A DNA stretch of 64,000 nt, from contig CAWHAA010000004.1 of the NCBI GenBank assembly GCA_963827275.1, positions 684,610 through 748,609 on the forward strand. The letters run 5' to 3'. Numbering within the stretch: position 1 is the first letter of the stretch; each line of letters starts with the position of its first letter. A program made the translations under genes and the position numbers. Of the stretch, positions 22,301 to 31,027 are shown in pieces. The notes below the pieces were generated by a model. That model worked only from the letters and a program-made list of their open reading frames with translations, was not told the DNA's origin and made no database searches. The stretch is from an uncultured Spirochaetota bacterium. GTDB lineage: Bacteria > Spirochaetota > UBA4802 > UBA5550.

Positions 22301-22539
22301 TTTTCTATGATCTTCGTAAGTGTCTCCACGTTCAGCGGTTCGATATAGGTCACGTCCGCCGTCCCGGGATCGGTCATGATGGTGGCCGGATTCGAGTTCA
22401 CCAGTATAATCTTGTAACCCAGCTTCCTGAGCGCCTTGCAGGCCTGGGTGCCGGAGTAATCAAATTCGCACGCCTGCCCGATGATGATGGGACCGGAACC
22501 GATGATGAGTACTTTTTTGATGTCGTCGCGCTTTGGCAT
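19342..22539 (-). CDS. carB: Carbamoyl-phosphate synthase large subunit
   Basis: MPKRDDIKKVLIIGSGPIIIGQACEFDYSG; duplicated ATP-grasp domains; MGS domain. Confidence 0.99.
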   Translation of the reverse strand: MPKRDDIKKVLIIGSGPIIIGQACEFDYSGTQACKALRKLGYKIILVNSNPATIMTDPGTADVTYIEPLNVETLTKIIEKERPDALLPNLGGQTGLNLSSELSKSGVLEKLGVKIIGVKADAIDRGEDRIAFKETMTRLGIDMPRSDPAYTVEEAEKIAESLGYPVVIRPAYTMGGTGGGMVYNVEELRTVAARGLSVSMVHQILVEESVLGWEELELEVVRDAKNQMITVCFIENVDAMGIHTGDSYCTAPMITISPELQKKLQKYSYDIVEAIQVIGGTNVQFAHDPKSDRVVVIEINPRTSRSSALASKATGFPIALVSSMLAGGLTLDEIPYWRDGTLEKYTPSGDYIVVKFARWGFEKFEGVKDELGTQMRAVGEAMSIGKTYKEAFQKAIRSMETGRHGLGFAKNFNSLPLDELMRLLSTATSERQFIMYEALRKGADINLLYERTHIKPWFITQMKELVDLEEKVLAYKGKKLPDSLLEQAKKDGFSDKYLAKILDINEEAIRAQRTALNVVEHWDAVPVSGVEDRAYYYSTYNGADTVPVSTRKKIMVLGGGPNRIGQGIEFDYCCVHAAFAIRDEGFESIMVNCNPETVSTDYDTSDKLYFEPLTAEDVLSIYGKEKPDGVIVQFGGQTPLNLANQLMKAGVPIIGTSPESIDLAEDRDRFRQVMKKLGIPQPESGMASTIEQALEIAARIGYPLMVRPSYVLGGRAMQVIYYEDMLKQYMAAAVDVSPERPILIDKFLENAIECEADAICDGADVVVPSVMEHIELAGIHSGDSACVIPPVTISGKHIKTIEEYTKRIALELKVVGLMNIQYAIAGDTVYILEANPRASRTVPLVSKVCNISMARIATQVMLGRKLKDLNVERKKVKHFGVKEAVFPFNMFPEVDPILGPEMRSTGEVLGMADSFGLAFAKAEEAASMKLPTSGAVLITVNKNDRVRALEAGREFQKLGFRVLATEGCARYFAEKGLQAETVFKIYQGRPHIIDRIKNNEINLIINTPSGRQSDYDDSYIRKAAVHYKIPYITTMAAAIATAKGIQAINEGKRDVTSLQEYHRGL

Positions 22540-22750
22540 ACAGGTAACCTCTTTCAGTCAAATAGGGAAGATTTGCATACTACGATCCCTCCCTGAGGGG
22601 AGGGGGAGGGACGTGAGATACGATTCAGTCCACCGTCGTTAGTAATGCTAAAAAATGCCGGATTATGTCAAGTATTGATTAATTTTTTGGGAATTAATTT
22701 CTCGGGGCCTGGCCGGTGAAGTCCCCCGGGCGCCCGTCCATGATCGGGAA

Positions 22751-23737
22751 TCACCGTGATTGCACCAGGTAGGCAAAGGCCCAGGAGTAGTCCCGCGGTT
22801 TGGCTGCAGGGCTGATCCAGCCTGTGACGCGGTAGTTTCCCGGTTTTTGAAATACGGCATTAATCTCAATAGTGTCGTTTTTTACTGTTGAGCGGTGATG
22901 CTGGATGGTTTTCCCCGACTCGTCGCGTACATTGACGGTCATGATCACACCGGGCGGAGCGGCGTAGCGGAGGCGGAGATCACCCCCGCAGGAGATAACG
23001 CAGGACCTGTTGTCATCAAGCTGCCGGAGACCGTAGCGAAAATATCCGTGACGGTACAAGGGGAGCCGCTCAAAATCCATCTTCCTGATTTTACGCGCGA
23101 TAAACTGCCACTGCCGCAGTTCCGGCAGGTTGGTGTAAATGAATTCCCCGGGCGGGGTCAGGAAATAATGCTCCCGGTAATCCCGTATGAACCGCTCTTC
23201 CCTGACAAGGCCCGCTCCATAGGTGCAATCGAGCAGGTGCCACCTGCCGTCGATGCGCACGGCGTTCCACGCGTGGTTGTTTTTTACTCTGTCACCCGGT
23301 GCGTAGTCCCCGCCCCTTCCGTACCCGGTGATTTCGACCGCGGTAATGCCCGCGCGCCGCGCCAGCTCGACAAAGAGCTCCGCATAGCCCTGGCATGTTC
23401 CGCGCCTGTCGCGAAGGGTTTCCCTGGCGGTATAATTTTTTTTCGCTGTGTCATAGGCGATAGAAGCGGTAATCCATCGCCATATGGCCCTGGTCCTCTG
23501 GAGCTGGCTCCATCCGGCTCCGGAAAGATATGCGGCGAGGGCGTCCGGGGAAGATGTAACCGATGGATCTGCCGCAAGGGCATGCGCGTCAATTGTGGCG
23601 AATAGGGCCGGATCAAAGCGCCTGTCGCCCGCGAGGGTGTCGATATTGCGGATAATTGTATACTGCCTGGCCATAAGACAGCCTGTGAGCATCAGGGAAC
23701 ACGCAAAAGAAAGTAGTAGCATCAGGCGTGGGTTCAT
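22751..23737 (-). CDS. Transglutaminase-like domain lipoprotein
   Basis: GTCQGYAELF, HAWNAV and LLDCT Cys-His-Asp triad; LTGC lipobox. Confidence 0.88.
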   Translation of the reverse strand: MNPRLMLLLSFACSLMLTGCLMARQYTIIRNIDTLAGDRRFDPALFATIDAHALAADPSVTSSPDALAAYLSGAGWSQLQRTRAIWRWITASIAYDTAKKNYTARETLRDRRGTCQGYAELFVELARRAGITAVEITGYGRGGDYAPGDRVKNNHAWNAVRIDGRWHLLDCTYGAGLVREERFIRDYREHYFLTPPGEFIYTNLPELRQWQFIARKIRKMDFERLPLYRHGYFRYGLRQLDDNRSCVISCGGDLRLRYAAPPGVIMTVNVRDESGKTIQHHRSTVKNDTIEINAVFQKPGNYRVTGWISPAAKPRDYSWAFAYLVQSR

Positions 23738-23795
23738 ATCAAAAAAATGACGAAATTCATGATATTTGTCAAGAAATTTGGAGCAATGTAACGAT

Positions 23796-23887
23796 CTACC
23801 GATAACTATCAGGTCAGAGTACAATATCATGGTGTCAGAGTAAATATTGAGTAAATATTTTCGTACTGTTTTGTGGTGTCAGAGTAA
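23796..23887 (+). repeat. Cluster of repeat motifs: CTACCGATAACTATC plus three GTCAGAGTA
   Basis: Motif A at 23796-23810; GTCAGAGTA at about 23813, 23834 and 23878. Confidence 0.75.
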
Positions 23888-24008
23888 CATATAGCACTAT
23901 TTTTATAAAAATAATTTACATTTATTCCTTATAACTATATACTAACAATCATATCGGAAGATAGTTATGCTCTGATAGCGTAACATCATAGCCACTAAAG
24001 GAGGAACA

Positions 24009-24275
24009 ATGAAAAAGATCATGTTTTTTTCGGTGCTGGCCATCCTGGGAACGGCCCTGGCGTTTATGCTCTCTTTCCAGCCCGCCAACAACGCATACGC
24101 CGCGGATGGCTGTTATAACTGCGGCTCGGGAAGCACCGGCGGCGTTAACCAGTGCAAATACCATGGCAGTGAAAGCTTTGAACAGCGCAAAAAATGCGAA
24201 GCTGCCGGCTGCAAGGTCACCGGCACGTCCAGCTGTTCCACGGCGGCAAATGTCAAGGTTATTGATCCAAATTAG
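24009..24275 (+). CDS. Small secreted six-cysteine protein
   Basis: GGAGG RBS; signal peptide ending AYA; mature part with 6 Cys. Confidence 0.8.
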   Translation: MKKIMFFSVLAILGTALAFMLSFQPANNAYAADGCYNCGSGSTGGVNQCKYHGSESFEQRKKCEAAGCKVTGTSSCSTAANVKVIDPN

Positions 24276-24345
24276 TATCCAGGCTTTTCGGTGATGCTGA
24301 ACCCCCGCCTCCAGCGACCGGTTGTATGCCGGCGGCTTTTTACAT

Positions 24346-24495
24346 AAAAAAAATCCCCGCTGGGTGCGGGGATGAGAGTAAGGAGTAGACGCAAAAAAAT
24401 GCATGAGACCGGGCAGGACCAATTCTAACCGATAACTATCCATGAAGACCGGTAAAAAACCGGTGGATGAATGCCGTCTTTTCGGTCCAACCAAA
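24346..24495 (-). ncRNA. Candidate ~150-nt small RNA
   Basis: Minus-strand TTGACT-N17-TAGCTT promoter (24526-24498); terminator ATCCCCGC/GCGGGGAT followed by T8; no convincing ORF. Confidence 0.55.
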
Positions 24496-24634
24496 ATAAG
24501 CTATAGTGAAAGCAGGCAAAAGTCAAATTTACGGGTGAATATTTTTAATTATTTTTAAATTTATGCAGGACCGGATATCCGGTCGGGAAACCGGTCGTCC
24601 TTGATAGCGCGGGTGGATCCACAGCCTGCGGGGA

Positions 24635-25096
24635 TTATGATAGTTTTTTTGACAGTCGTTCGCGGTCTTTCAACAGCAGGTCGCGGTGATCGAACTCCTG
24701 CCTGGCGATGGACTCTATCTGATCTGCAACGCTCACATAGTGATCGGCTGTCTTTTTCAGCAGGGAAGACATGCTCTGGTACAGCTTCCCCATCGATTCC
24801 TCCGACTCGGCGAGCGTCTGCAATACCGCGAGAATGTCTTTTTCCTCTGAGATTTTTTTTAATACGGTATTGAGAAGATTGTTCTGGAAGTCTGCGATCA
24901 TGCTTTCCCGCACTGCCGGCTTCGGGAACCGGTCACGTGTCTCTTCGATGATCGCAGCATGCTCGAACGAATGGACCTCCATGAATTCAAGCACCGCGCG
25001 CGCCCCTTCCAGGCGGGCGAGGTTCTTTATCTTCTGGTAATAGGTGGCCATCGTGTTTTCGAGGAATATGATAAAGTTGATGTATTCGTTCGTCAT
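24635..25096 (-). CDS. Ferritin/rubrerythrin-like four-helix protein
   Basis: E..MATYY, SFEH, E....LY and EFDH paired diiron-like helices; GGAGG RBS. Confidence 0.65.
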   Translation of the reverse strand: MTNEYINFIIFLENTMATYYQKIKNLARLEGARAVLEFMEVHSFEHAAIIEETRDRFPKPAVRESMIADFQNNLLNTVLKKISEEKDILAVLQTLAESEESMGKLYQSMSSLLKKTADHYVSVADQIESIARQEFDHRDLLLKDRERLSKKLS

Positions 25097-25196
25097 GGGT
25101 GTCCTCCATCGTCTGTAACATCGGTCTGGCATCGGCCAGGGGATTTGCTTCCGCATGGTGCGGCAGGGCCGGCGGGCACATTGATCCGCCTGATTA

Positions 25197-25907
25197 TTAG
25201 CGCGTCTTGCGGCAGAGGTACACGGCCATGAAATTATCGCCGTAGTCCGCGTTTTCAATGTCGAACCCGGCGCGGTAGAGCATCTCCTCCATAATCCAGT
25301 CGAACGTGGAGTACTCGTTGCGCACATGGTTCGAAAATTTATCGACCATATCCTGCCCGGCTATGGCCCTGAAATTATCGAGGACGTGGTTCACCGAGGC
25401 CTCGTATTTTTCCACTTTCATGGAGAATACGACATCACGCAGGTACAGCCTCCCGCCCGGCCTGAGGAGGCCGTTTATTTTTATCAATGCTACCTGCTTC
25501 CAGAAATCCGGGAGGTGGTGAAGGGCGAGCTGGGTAACGACGGCATCGACCGGCTCGCCGTCATGCCGGTAGTTGAGGAACCCCGCATGTATGAACCGTA
25601 TGTTGTTTCTTCCGAGTGACTTCGTTTTTTTCGCGGCGTAATCGAGCATGGCCCTGGAAATGTCAACGGCATAAACCTGGCGGCACTGTTCCGATACCGC
25701 CGCGGTGAGCTCGCCGGTACCCGCACCGAACTCGATCAGGCTCTGTTCCGGGGCAAGGTCAAGCGCGGATACGATTTCGCGCGTCTCCGCACGGATATCG
25801 CGTATCTTCGACATCCGTTCGTCGTAATCGCGCACCTCGGTCTCGCTTGCGTAATCGGTCCCGACATGCCGCATCTCGTCGTATTGCCATGCATAGGGTG
25901 ATGTCAT
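25197..25907 (-). CDS. Class I SAM-dependent methyltransferase
   Basis: IEFGAGTG, AVDIS, ALHHL and LRPGGRL. Confidence 0.92.
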   Translation of the reverse strand: MTSPYAWQYDEMRHVGTDYASETEVRDYDERMSKIRDIRAETREIVSALDLAPEQSLIEFGAGTGELTAAVSEQCRQVYAVDISRAMLDYAAKKTKSLGRNNIRFIHAGFLNYRHDGEPVDAVVTQLALHHLPDFWKQVALIKINGLLRPGGRLYLRDVVFSMKVEKYEASVNHVLDNFRAIAGQDMVDKFSNHVRNEYSTFDWIMEEMLYRAGFDIENADYGDNFMAVYLCRKTR

Positions 25908-25939
25908 AGTATAATGATCAAACCGTGGAGCGCTCGGCT

Positions 25940-26431
25940 TTAATCTTCAGAGGAGGTATCCGATGAGCTGGAGGCTGATGCGCCTTTTGTATTGTCCGTG
26001 TCTTCCTGGTCCACCTTGTAGACCAGGTTCAGCGTGTTTGAACAGGAGGTGGTGGCAGTGGTATTGCACGTTGCAAGGAGCCCGACCCCCTTCTCATCAA
26101 GCTCGTTGTCTTTATAGATTAATATCGACATCGTTGCGTCTGAATTGGTCCGCGTCGCGGTTATCGTGGCTGTTTCAATCTTCCCCGCGGGGATAATGAG
26201 CATGGCGGTGTCGATTGGGCTGGCGGTCACCGGTGAATTTAATGTAAAAGGTATATTGTTATCCAGGAGGAGGGTTGCCGTAAACTGATTGGAAGTCGTG
26301 CTCGCGCTTGCCATGATAATAATCATGACTTCATAATCGTCCGGGTCTTTCAAATCACAGGAAAGCGACATGACGGCTGTTATCAGCGCGATCATGCTGA
26401 AAAGAGCGAACGGTTTTGGATGAAACTTCAT
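25940..26431 (-). CDS. Hypothetical lipoprotein
   Basis: SLSC lipobox; Thr/Ser-rich. Confidence 0.6.
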   Translation of the reverse strand: MKFHPKPFALFSMIALITAVMSLSCDLKDPDDYEVMIIIMASASTTSNQFTATLLLDNNIPFTLNSPVTASPIDTAMLIIPAGKIETATITATRTNSDATMSILIYKDNELDEKGVGLLATCNTTATTSCSNTLNLVYKVDQEDTDNTKGASASSSSDTSSED

Positions 26432-26589
26432 GGTCAATTCCTGTACGGTTCCTGTGAAAATCACGGCCACAACTTGAAATTACTATCTATACATATAATA
26501 GCATGGGAGCGGTTTTTTTCAACAATTAATTAGAAATTTATTATTAATATATGTTACAATCGCCCATTTTTTTCATGCCGATGCGGGAT

Positions 26590-26808
26590 TCACTCTTTTC
26601 CCCTGGGGGCGGCATCCGTATCCTGTTTCGAAAAGAACAGGTCTATGATGAATACCACAATCAAAACAGCCGTAAGGACCGCGCATATGATGATCATGGC
26701 TGAGCGGCTTATATGTATCTTGTCGTACAGTTTACCGACCAGGAAGCTATAGGCCAAAAAGCATAGGGTGAAAACCAGGGTCATGATGAGCTTGGTTTTT
26801 TGCAACAT
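26590..26808 (-). CDS. Small two-TM membrane protein
   Basis: Two hydrophobic helices; GAGG RBS. Confidence 0.6.
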   Translation of the reverse strand: MLQKTKLIMTLVFTLCFLAYSFLVGKLYDKIHISRSAMIIICAVLTAVLIVVFIIDLFFSKQDTDAAPRGKE

Positions 26809-26958
26809 ATCCGTACCTCGCGGCAATTGTAATATGAACGGGCCGGGCCCGATGTATACGGGTGCCCGTTACTCCGGTGACCGGCAGTCTACGTCAGGGT
26901 ACCGATCCCGTGAAATTTGTCAATACAGTTGCGAATTAATCTCGCCACGCCGCCATTC

Positions 26959-27687
26959 TCAGAACCGGCCGTCCTCTTCGTGGTCAAGGCGGAGGATATG
27001 GCCGAACCGTTCTTTTTTCGTTTCCATGTAGCTCCTGTCATGCTGGTGCGGCGGGAGCTCGTGGTGGACCCTCTCGGAGACCGGCACGCCGTAGCGTTCC
27101 AGCTGGCTCACCTTGTCCGGGTTGTTGGTCATGAGACGCACGGTCTTTACGCCGATTTTTTTCAGCATCTCGGCGGGGACCCGGTAGTCCCGCTCGTCCG
27201 GCTCAAAGCCCAGGACGGTGTTCGCGTCAACGGTGTCAAGCCCGCGGTCCTGGAGCGCGTAGGCGCGCAGCTTGTTCAGGAGGCCGATGCCCCGGCCTTC
27301 CTCCATGTGGTAGAGCACGATCCCCCGGCCTTCCTTCTCGATGATGTCCATCGCCTCGTGGAGCTGCGGGCCGCAGTCGCACCGCCGGCTCCCCAGTGCG
27401 TCTCCGGTCAGGCAGGAGGAGTGGATGCGCGTGAGCATGTTTTCGCCGTCGCCGACGTCGCCCTTCAGTATCACGGTATGGTCTTTCGCGTCCCTGTTGT
27501 TTACAAATCCGATGATGCGGAAGTGGCCGTGGTCGGTCGGGAAATCGGCGACGGATATGACCTTGACGCACGTGTCCTCGGGGCAGTCCCCGCACTCAAG
27601 CCCGTGCGGGCACGTGCGCAGGGAATCTATGTCCTGGTTGATTATCTCTTCGAAATTCGGCGCTTGCATGGTGAATAGGTTTGCCAT
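26959..27687 (-). CDS. ribA: GTP cyclohydrolase II
   Basis: RIHSSCLTGD, RCDCG, EEGRGIGL, LMTNNP and K..RFGH. Confidence 0.96.
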   Translation of the reverse strand: MANLFTMQAPNFEEIINQDIDSLRTCPHGLECGDCPEDTCVKVISVADFPTDHGHFRIIGFVNNRDAKDHTVILKGDVGDGENMLTRIHSSCLTGDALGSRRCDCGPQLHEAMDIIEKEGRGIVLYHMEEGRGIGLLNKLRAYALQDRGLDTVDANTVLGFEPDERDYRVPAEMLKKIGVKTVRLMTNNPDKVSQLERYGVPVSERVHHELPPHQHDRSYMETKKERFGHILRLDHEEDGRF

Positions 27688-27749
27688 GGCGGGTAATTAA
27701 TGCAATAACATTTTTATGCGGGTCACGGCCCGGATTACTGCACCGCTGC

Positions 27750-28211
27750 CTAGCTGTCCGACATCCTGCCGGACATTTCATCGATCATGACCTTGATGAC
27801 GCAGGCCTTTTCGAAGGATTTTTCCCGGTAGGTCCAGCCCTTCTTTTCGGAATAATGCCCCATGATACTATCGAGGGCGCGGGCCTTCTCGCTGCTGTCC
27901 TCGACGAAGACCGCCCTGCCGGTGCCGATGACGCTCCGGTATTTCATGCTGAATCCGCACGCGACATCGGACCGGATCAGCTCGGCCTCGATGTCGATTT
28001 CAAAGCAGACAGCGCTGTTTTTTTTCAGGATGTCGATCTTCTTGCCCTCGTGGCCGGTATGGAAGTAGAGGGTCCTGTCCCGGTAGCCGAAATTGAGCGG
28101 CACGATGTAGGGCAGGGCGCCGTCGCTCAGCCCGAGGCGGCAGACCCCGGCTTTTTGAATGATGGCCTCTATCTCGCCGATATCGGTAATCTCTTTTTCT
28201 TTTTTTCGCAT
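27750..28211 (-). CDS. Pyridoxamine 5'-phosphate oxidase-like flavin-binding protein (NimA-like)
   Basis: CRLGL, PYIVPLNFG, YFH...G.K, VCFE and YRSVIGTG. Confidence 0.9.
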   Translation of the reverse strand: MRKKEKEITDIGEIEAIIQKAGVCRLGLSDGALPYIVPLNFGYRDRTLYFHTGHEGKKIDILKKNSAVCFEIDIEAELIRSDVACGFSMKYRSVIGTGRAVFVEDSSEKARALDSIMGHYSEKKGWTYREKSFEKACVIKVMIDEMSGRMSDS

Positions 28212-28337
28212 GGGTGGCTCCCGTATGCTTTTTCGAACGGATACAGCGCTCGCTGAGTAGTTTTTACTCTGACCCCATGGTATTGCATATGATGGGTGTT
28301 CAACAAGCATTTTTTGCTGATATTTGTCTCTGATGCT

Positions 28338-28523
28338 GATAGTTATCGGTAGGCGGGGCGATAGTTATCGGTAGGCGGGGCGATAGTTATCGGTAGGCGG
28401 GGCGATAGTTATCGGTAGTCGAGGCGATAGTTATCGGTAGCGGGCGATAGTTATCGGTAGGTGGGGCGATAGTTATCGGTAGGTGGGGCGATAGTTATCG
28501 GTAGGTGGGCGATAGTTATCGGT
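28338..28523. repeat. Tandem array of 20-22 bp units, GATAGTTATCGGTAG plus a variable GC-rich linker (8 full units + 1 partial)
   Basis: Units start at 28338, 28360, 28382, 28404, 28426, 28446, 28468, 28490 and 28511. Confidence 0.95.
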
Positions 28524-29487
28524 GCAATTCCTGCTTCGCCCCTTCCTTGCCCCCGATCCCCCGATAGGTATCGGCCGACCGCTTCCACCAGGCAGCGAGC
28601 AGGCTCGCGATCAGGGAGTGGAAGAGGCTCGACATGGCGCTCGGGATCGCCGTGGCGGGATTTGCGAAATTTGCCCGCGCCAGCACCGCGCCCAGGCCGG
28701 AGTTCTGCATCCCCACCTCGATCGAAATGGTCCGGGCGGAGAGGACGTCCCGGGTCAGGGCAAACGAGACGGCATATCCGAGTAAGAAGCCCCCCGCATG
28801 GAGCGAGAATACCGCGGCGATGAGCCGCCACCCGGCTTTCAGTATCTCCTCCCTGCCGGCGCCGATTATTGACGCCACGATGAGCGTGATGAAGACCACC
28901 GCGACGAGGGGCATGACGGGGAGGATGCGGCCGGTCAGCCGCGGGAGGTAGCGGTTCATGACGACGCCTGCCGCCACCGGCAGCAGGATCACCTGCACCG
29001 TCGTGAGGAAGAGGCCCAGCGCGGGAACGTCCACCCGGCTCCCCGCCAGGAGGGTTGCGAAGAAGGGCGTTGCGGCGATCGCCATGAGCGTCGATATGCT
29101 TGTCATGGTGACGGAGAGCGGCACGTCGGCCTTCGCCAGGTAGGCAATGACGTTTGACGCGGTGCCGCCCGGGCACGAAGCCACCAGGATGAGGCCCACC
29201 GCCAGCGGCGTCGGGAGGTTGTACAGGGACGCGAGGCACCAGCCCAGCGCCGGCATGATGCCGAACTGGAGCGCTACGCCTGCGGCGACGCGTCCCGGGA
29301 AACGCGCGACGCGCCTGAAGTCGTCCACCGTGAGGGTGATCCCCATGCCGAGCATGATGATGCCCAGTCCCGCTGTGATCATCCGGCCGGAAAACCAGGT
29401 AAATGACGGCGGGTAGGCGAGGGATACGAGGCTGGCAATGAGCACCCAGGCCGGGAACCCCCTTGTGGCGAAGTCGATTATCTTCAT
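28516..29487 (-). CDS. Bile acid:sodium symporter (BASS) family transporter
   Basis: MLGMGITL, QFGIMP, CPGGTASNV and IEVGMQNSGL. Confidence 0.95.
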   Translation of the reverse strand: MKIIDFATRGFPAWVLIASLVSLAYPPSFTWFSGRMITAGLGIIMLGMGITLTVDDFRRVARFPGRVAAGVALQFGIMPALGWCLASLYNLPTPLAVGLILVASCPGGTASNVIAYLAKADVPLSVTMTSISTLMAIAATPFFATLLAGSRVDVPALGLFLTTVQVILLPVAAGVVMNRYLPRLTGRILPVMPLVAVVFITLIVASIIGAGREEILKAGWRLIAAVFSLHAGGFLLGYAVSFALTRDVLSARTISIEVGMQNSGLGAVLARANFANPATAIPSAMSSLFHSLIASLLAAWWKRSADTYRGIGGKEGAKQELHR

Positions 29488-29601
29488 TCGGTTATGGCTT
29501 CAATAAAAAATAGTGTACGGTCTCTCGATTTTTTGTTACTATATGAATGATCACGAAATTGGCCAGCATTATTTGTTGCTAGCGGCAATATTTCAGATAG
29601 G

Positions 29602-31014
29602 ATGGTCCTGATGAACGTGAACATGGCGCGCGTCTTTCTCGCCGGATTGCTCCTGCTGGGCACGCTGTCCGGCGCATGCAAAAAAACCGGCGCCTCCACG
29701 GCGCCCCGGCAGGGCGACCTGGAGGCGTTTGCCACGGTGCTTGTCGCCCTGAACGCGCTGACGCCCCCCTGCGATGCGGGCGGGCCATTGTTCCATGAGT
29801 ATACCATCGACCTGACGGGTACGGTGTCGCATTCCCAGGCGGGGATAGATTACGGGCAGTTCATAAAGGCCCGCGTCCCGAATTTCGAGGTGATCGTCGA
29901 TTTCTACCTGTTCCTGGTCACGCAGGCGGTCCCGTATCAGACGCTCCTCGATCGCGCCGCCGCCATCAGGAATAACATCCCTGTGGATTACCGGGACGAG
30001 ATAGACGGCATGGCGGGGGAACTCTGCAGCACGCCGGCGAACACGGCGGGCGATGGCAGGCTTTCTCCTGACGAGCTCTATCTTCTTCAACTGGTGCCCG
30101 ATATCGTCGTCGACCCCCTCTGCTCGTCGGTGGCGGTGTTCGGGACGACCTCCGATACCGGGAGCACAATCGTCGGGAGGAACCTGGAGTGGTTCGGCGG
30201 ATGGCCGCGCGAGTACCTGTCGCTGCTGCAGGCCGTTGTGACCGTGAAAAATCCCGCGCCGAAAAGGTCGGTCTGCCTCATCGGGTATCTCGGGTTCGCG
30301 GGCTGCATCACCGGCTTTAACAGCGCCGGCGTCTTCGGCGCCATCCATGTTGCCAGGGGCAACGCTGCCGTGGAAGATCCCTGGGACTATGATAGTTCCG
30401 GTTCCTACAGCCTTGACCTGCGGGAGGCCCTTGAGGACCAGGACAGCGATTCGGTGGACGACGTGGGCGCTTTCTTGACCCCCAAAACAGAAATCGCCGG
30501 CCACCTGATAGCGCTGGCTGACCCGTCGGCCGCGAAGGTGCTGGAGTATAATCCGGGGCCGGACCTTCTGCATGATTTGAGGGTGCTGCGCGGCTATAAT
30601 GACGCGTTGAATCCGGGGATAGACTGGGTCGATACTTCTTCATACCATGCAATCGGCGCGGTCAATTCGTTCGTGTACTGGGGGAACGGGGCCGATGCCA
30701 ACAACCATACCGGGAATAACGTGACGCGGTGGAACACCATGCGGGACCAGTTGCAGGCCAGGCTCGATGACCTCGATACCCCGGGCACGGTCACGGAGGA
30801 TGAATTGCGGCAGGTCATCACCTATTACGGCGGCGCCGCGCCGGGCGATGTGGATGGCGACCTGTTCCGCGAATATGTCCAGCATACGGTGATATATGCG
30901 CCCGGCGTGGCCCCCGCCACCGCCCGGGTCCATTTTCACCCCTTGTGTGTGAATACACCGGGCGATCCGGCGGGACCCGGGTTCACCTTCCAAACCATAA
31001 CCGCCGATTTCTGA
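29602..31014 (+). CDS. C45/NAAA-like Ntn-hydrolase lipoprotein
   Basis: Internal Cys nucleophile LCSS, GRNLEW, ITGFNSAG; GAC lipobox. Confidence 0.8.
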   Translation: MVLMNVNMARVFLAGLLLLGTLSGACKKTGASTAPRQGDLEAFATVLVALNALTPPCDAGGPLFHEYTIDLTGTVSHSQAGIDYGQFIKARVPNFEVIVDFYLFLVTQAVPYQTLLDRAAAIRNNIPVDYRDEIDGMAGELCSTPANTAGDGRLSPDELYLLQLVPDIVVDPLCSSVAVFGTTSDTGSTIVGRNLEWFGGWPREYLSLLQAVVTVKNPAPKRSVCLIGYLGFAGCITGFNSAGVFGAIHVARGNAAVEDPWDYDSSGSYSLDLREALEDQDSDSVDDVGAFLTPKTEIAGHLIALADPSAAKVLEYNPGPDLLHDLRVLRGYNDALNPGIDWVDTSSYHAIGAVNSFVYWGNGADANNHTGNNVTRWNTMRDQLQARLDDLDTPGTVTEDELRQVITYYGGAAPGDVDGDLFREYVQHTVIYAPGVAPATARVHFHPLCVNTPGDPAGPGFTFQTITADF

Positions 31015-31027
31015 TAATCCGCGGCGG

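Noticed and set aside
22586..22611. TCCCTCCC/GGGAGGGA hairpin in the carB leader as a PyrR attenuator
   Set aside because: No PyrR binding-loop consensus or U-tract seen; single short hairpin
23796..24440. CCGATAA motif copies as sigma-28 promoters
   Set aside because: They resemble the -10 box, but there is no TAAA at 15-bp spacing at 23798, 24428 or 46690
28338..28523. CRISPR array
   Set aside because: Linkers are only 5-7 bp and repetitive; no unique spacers and no cas genes in the window
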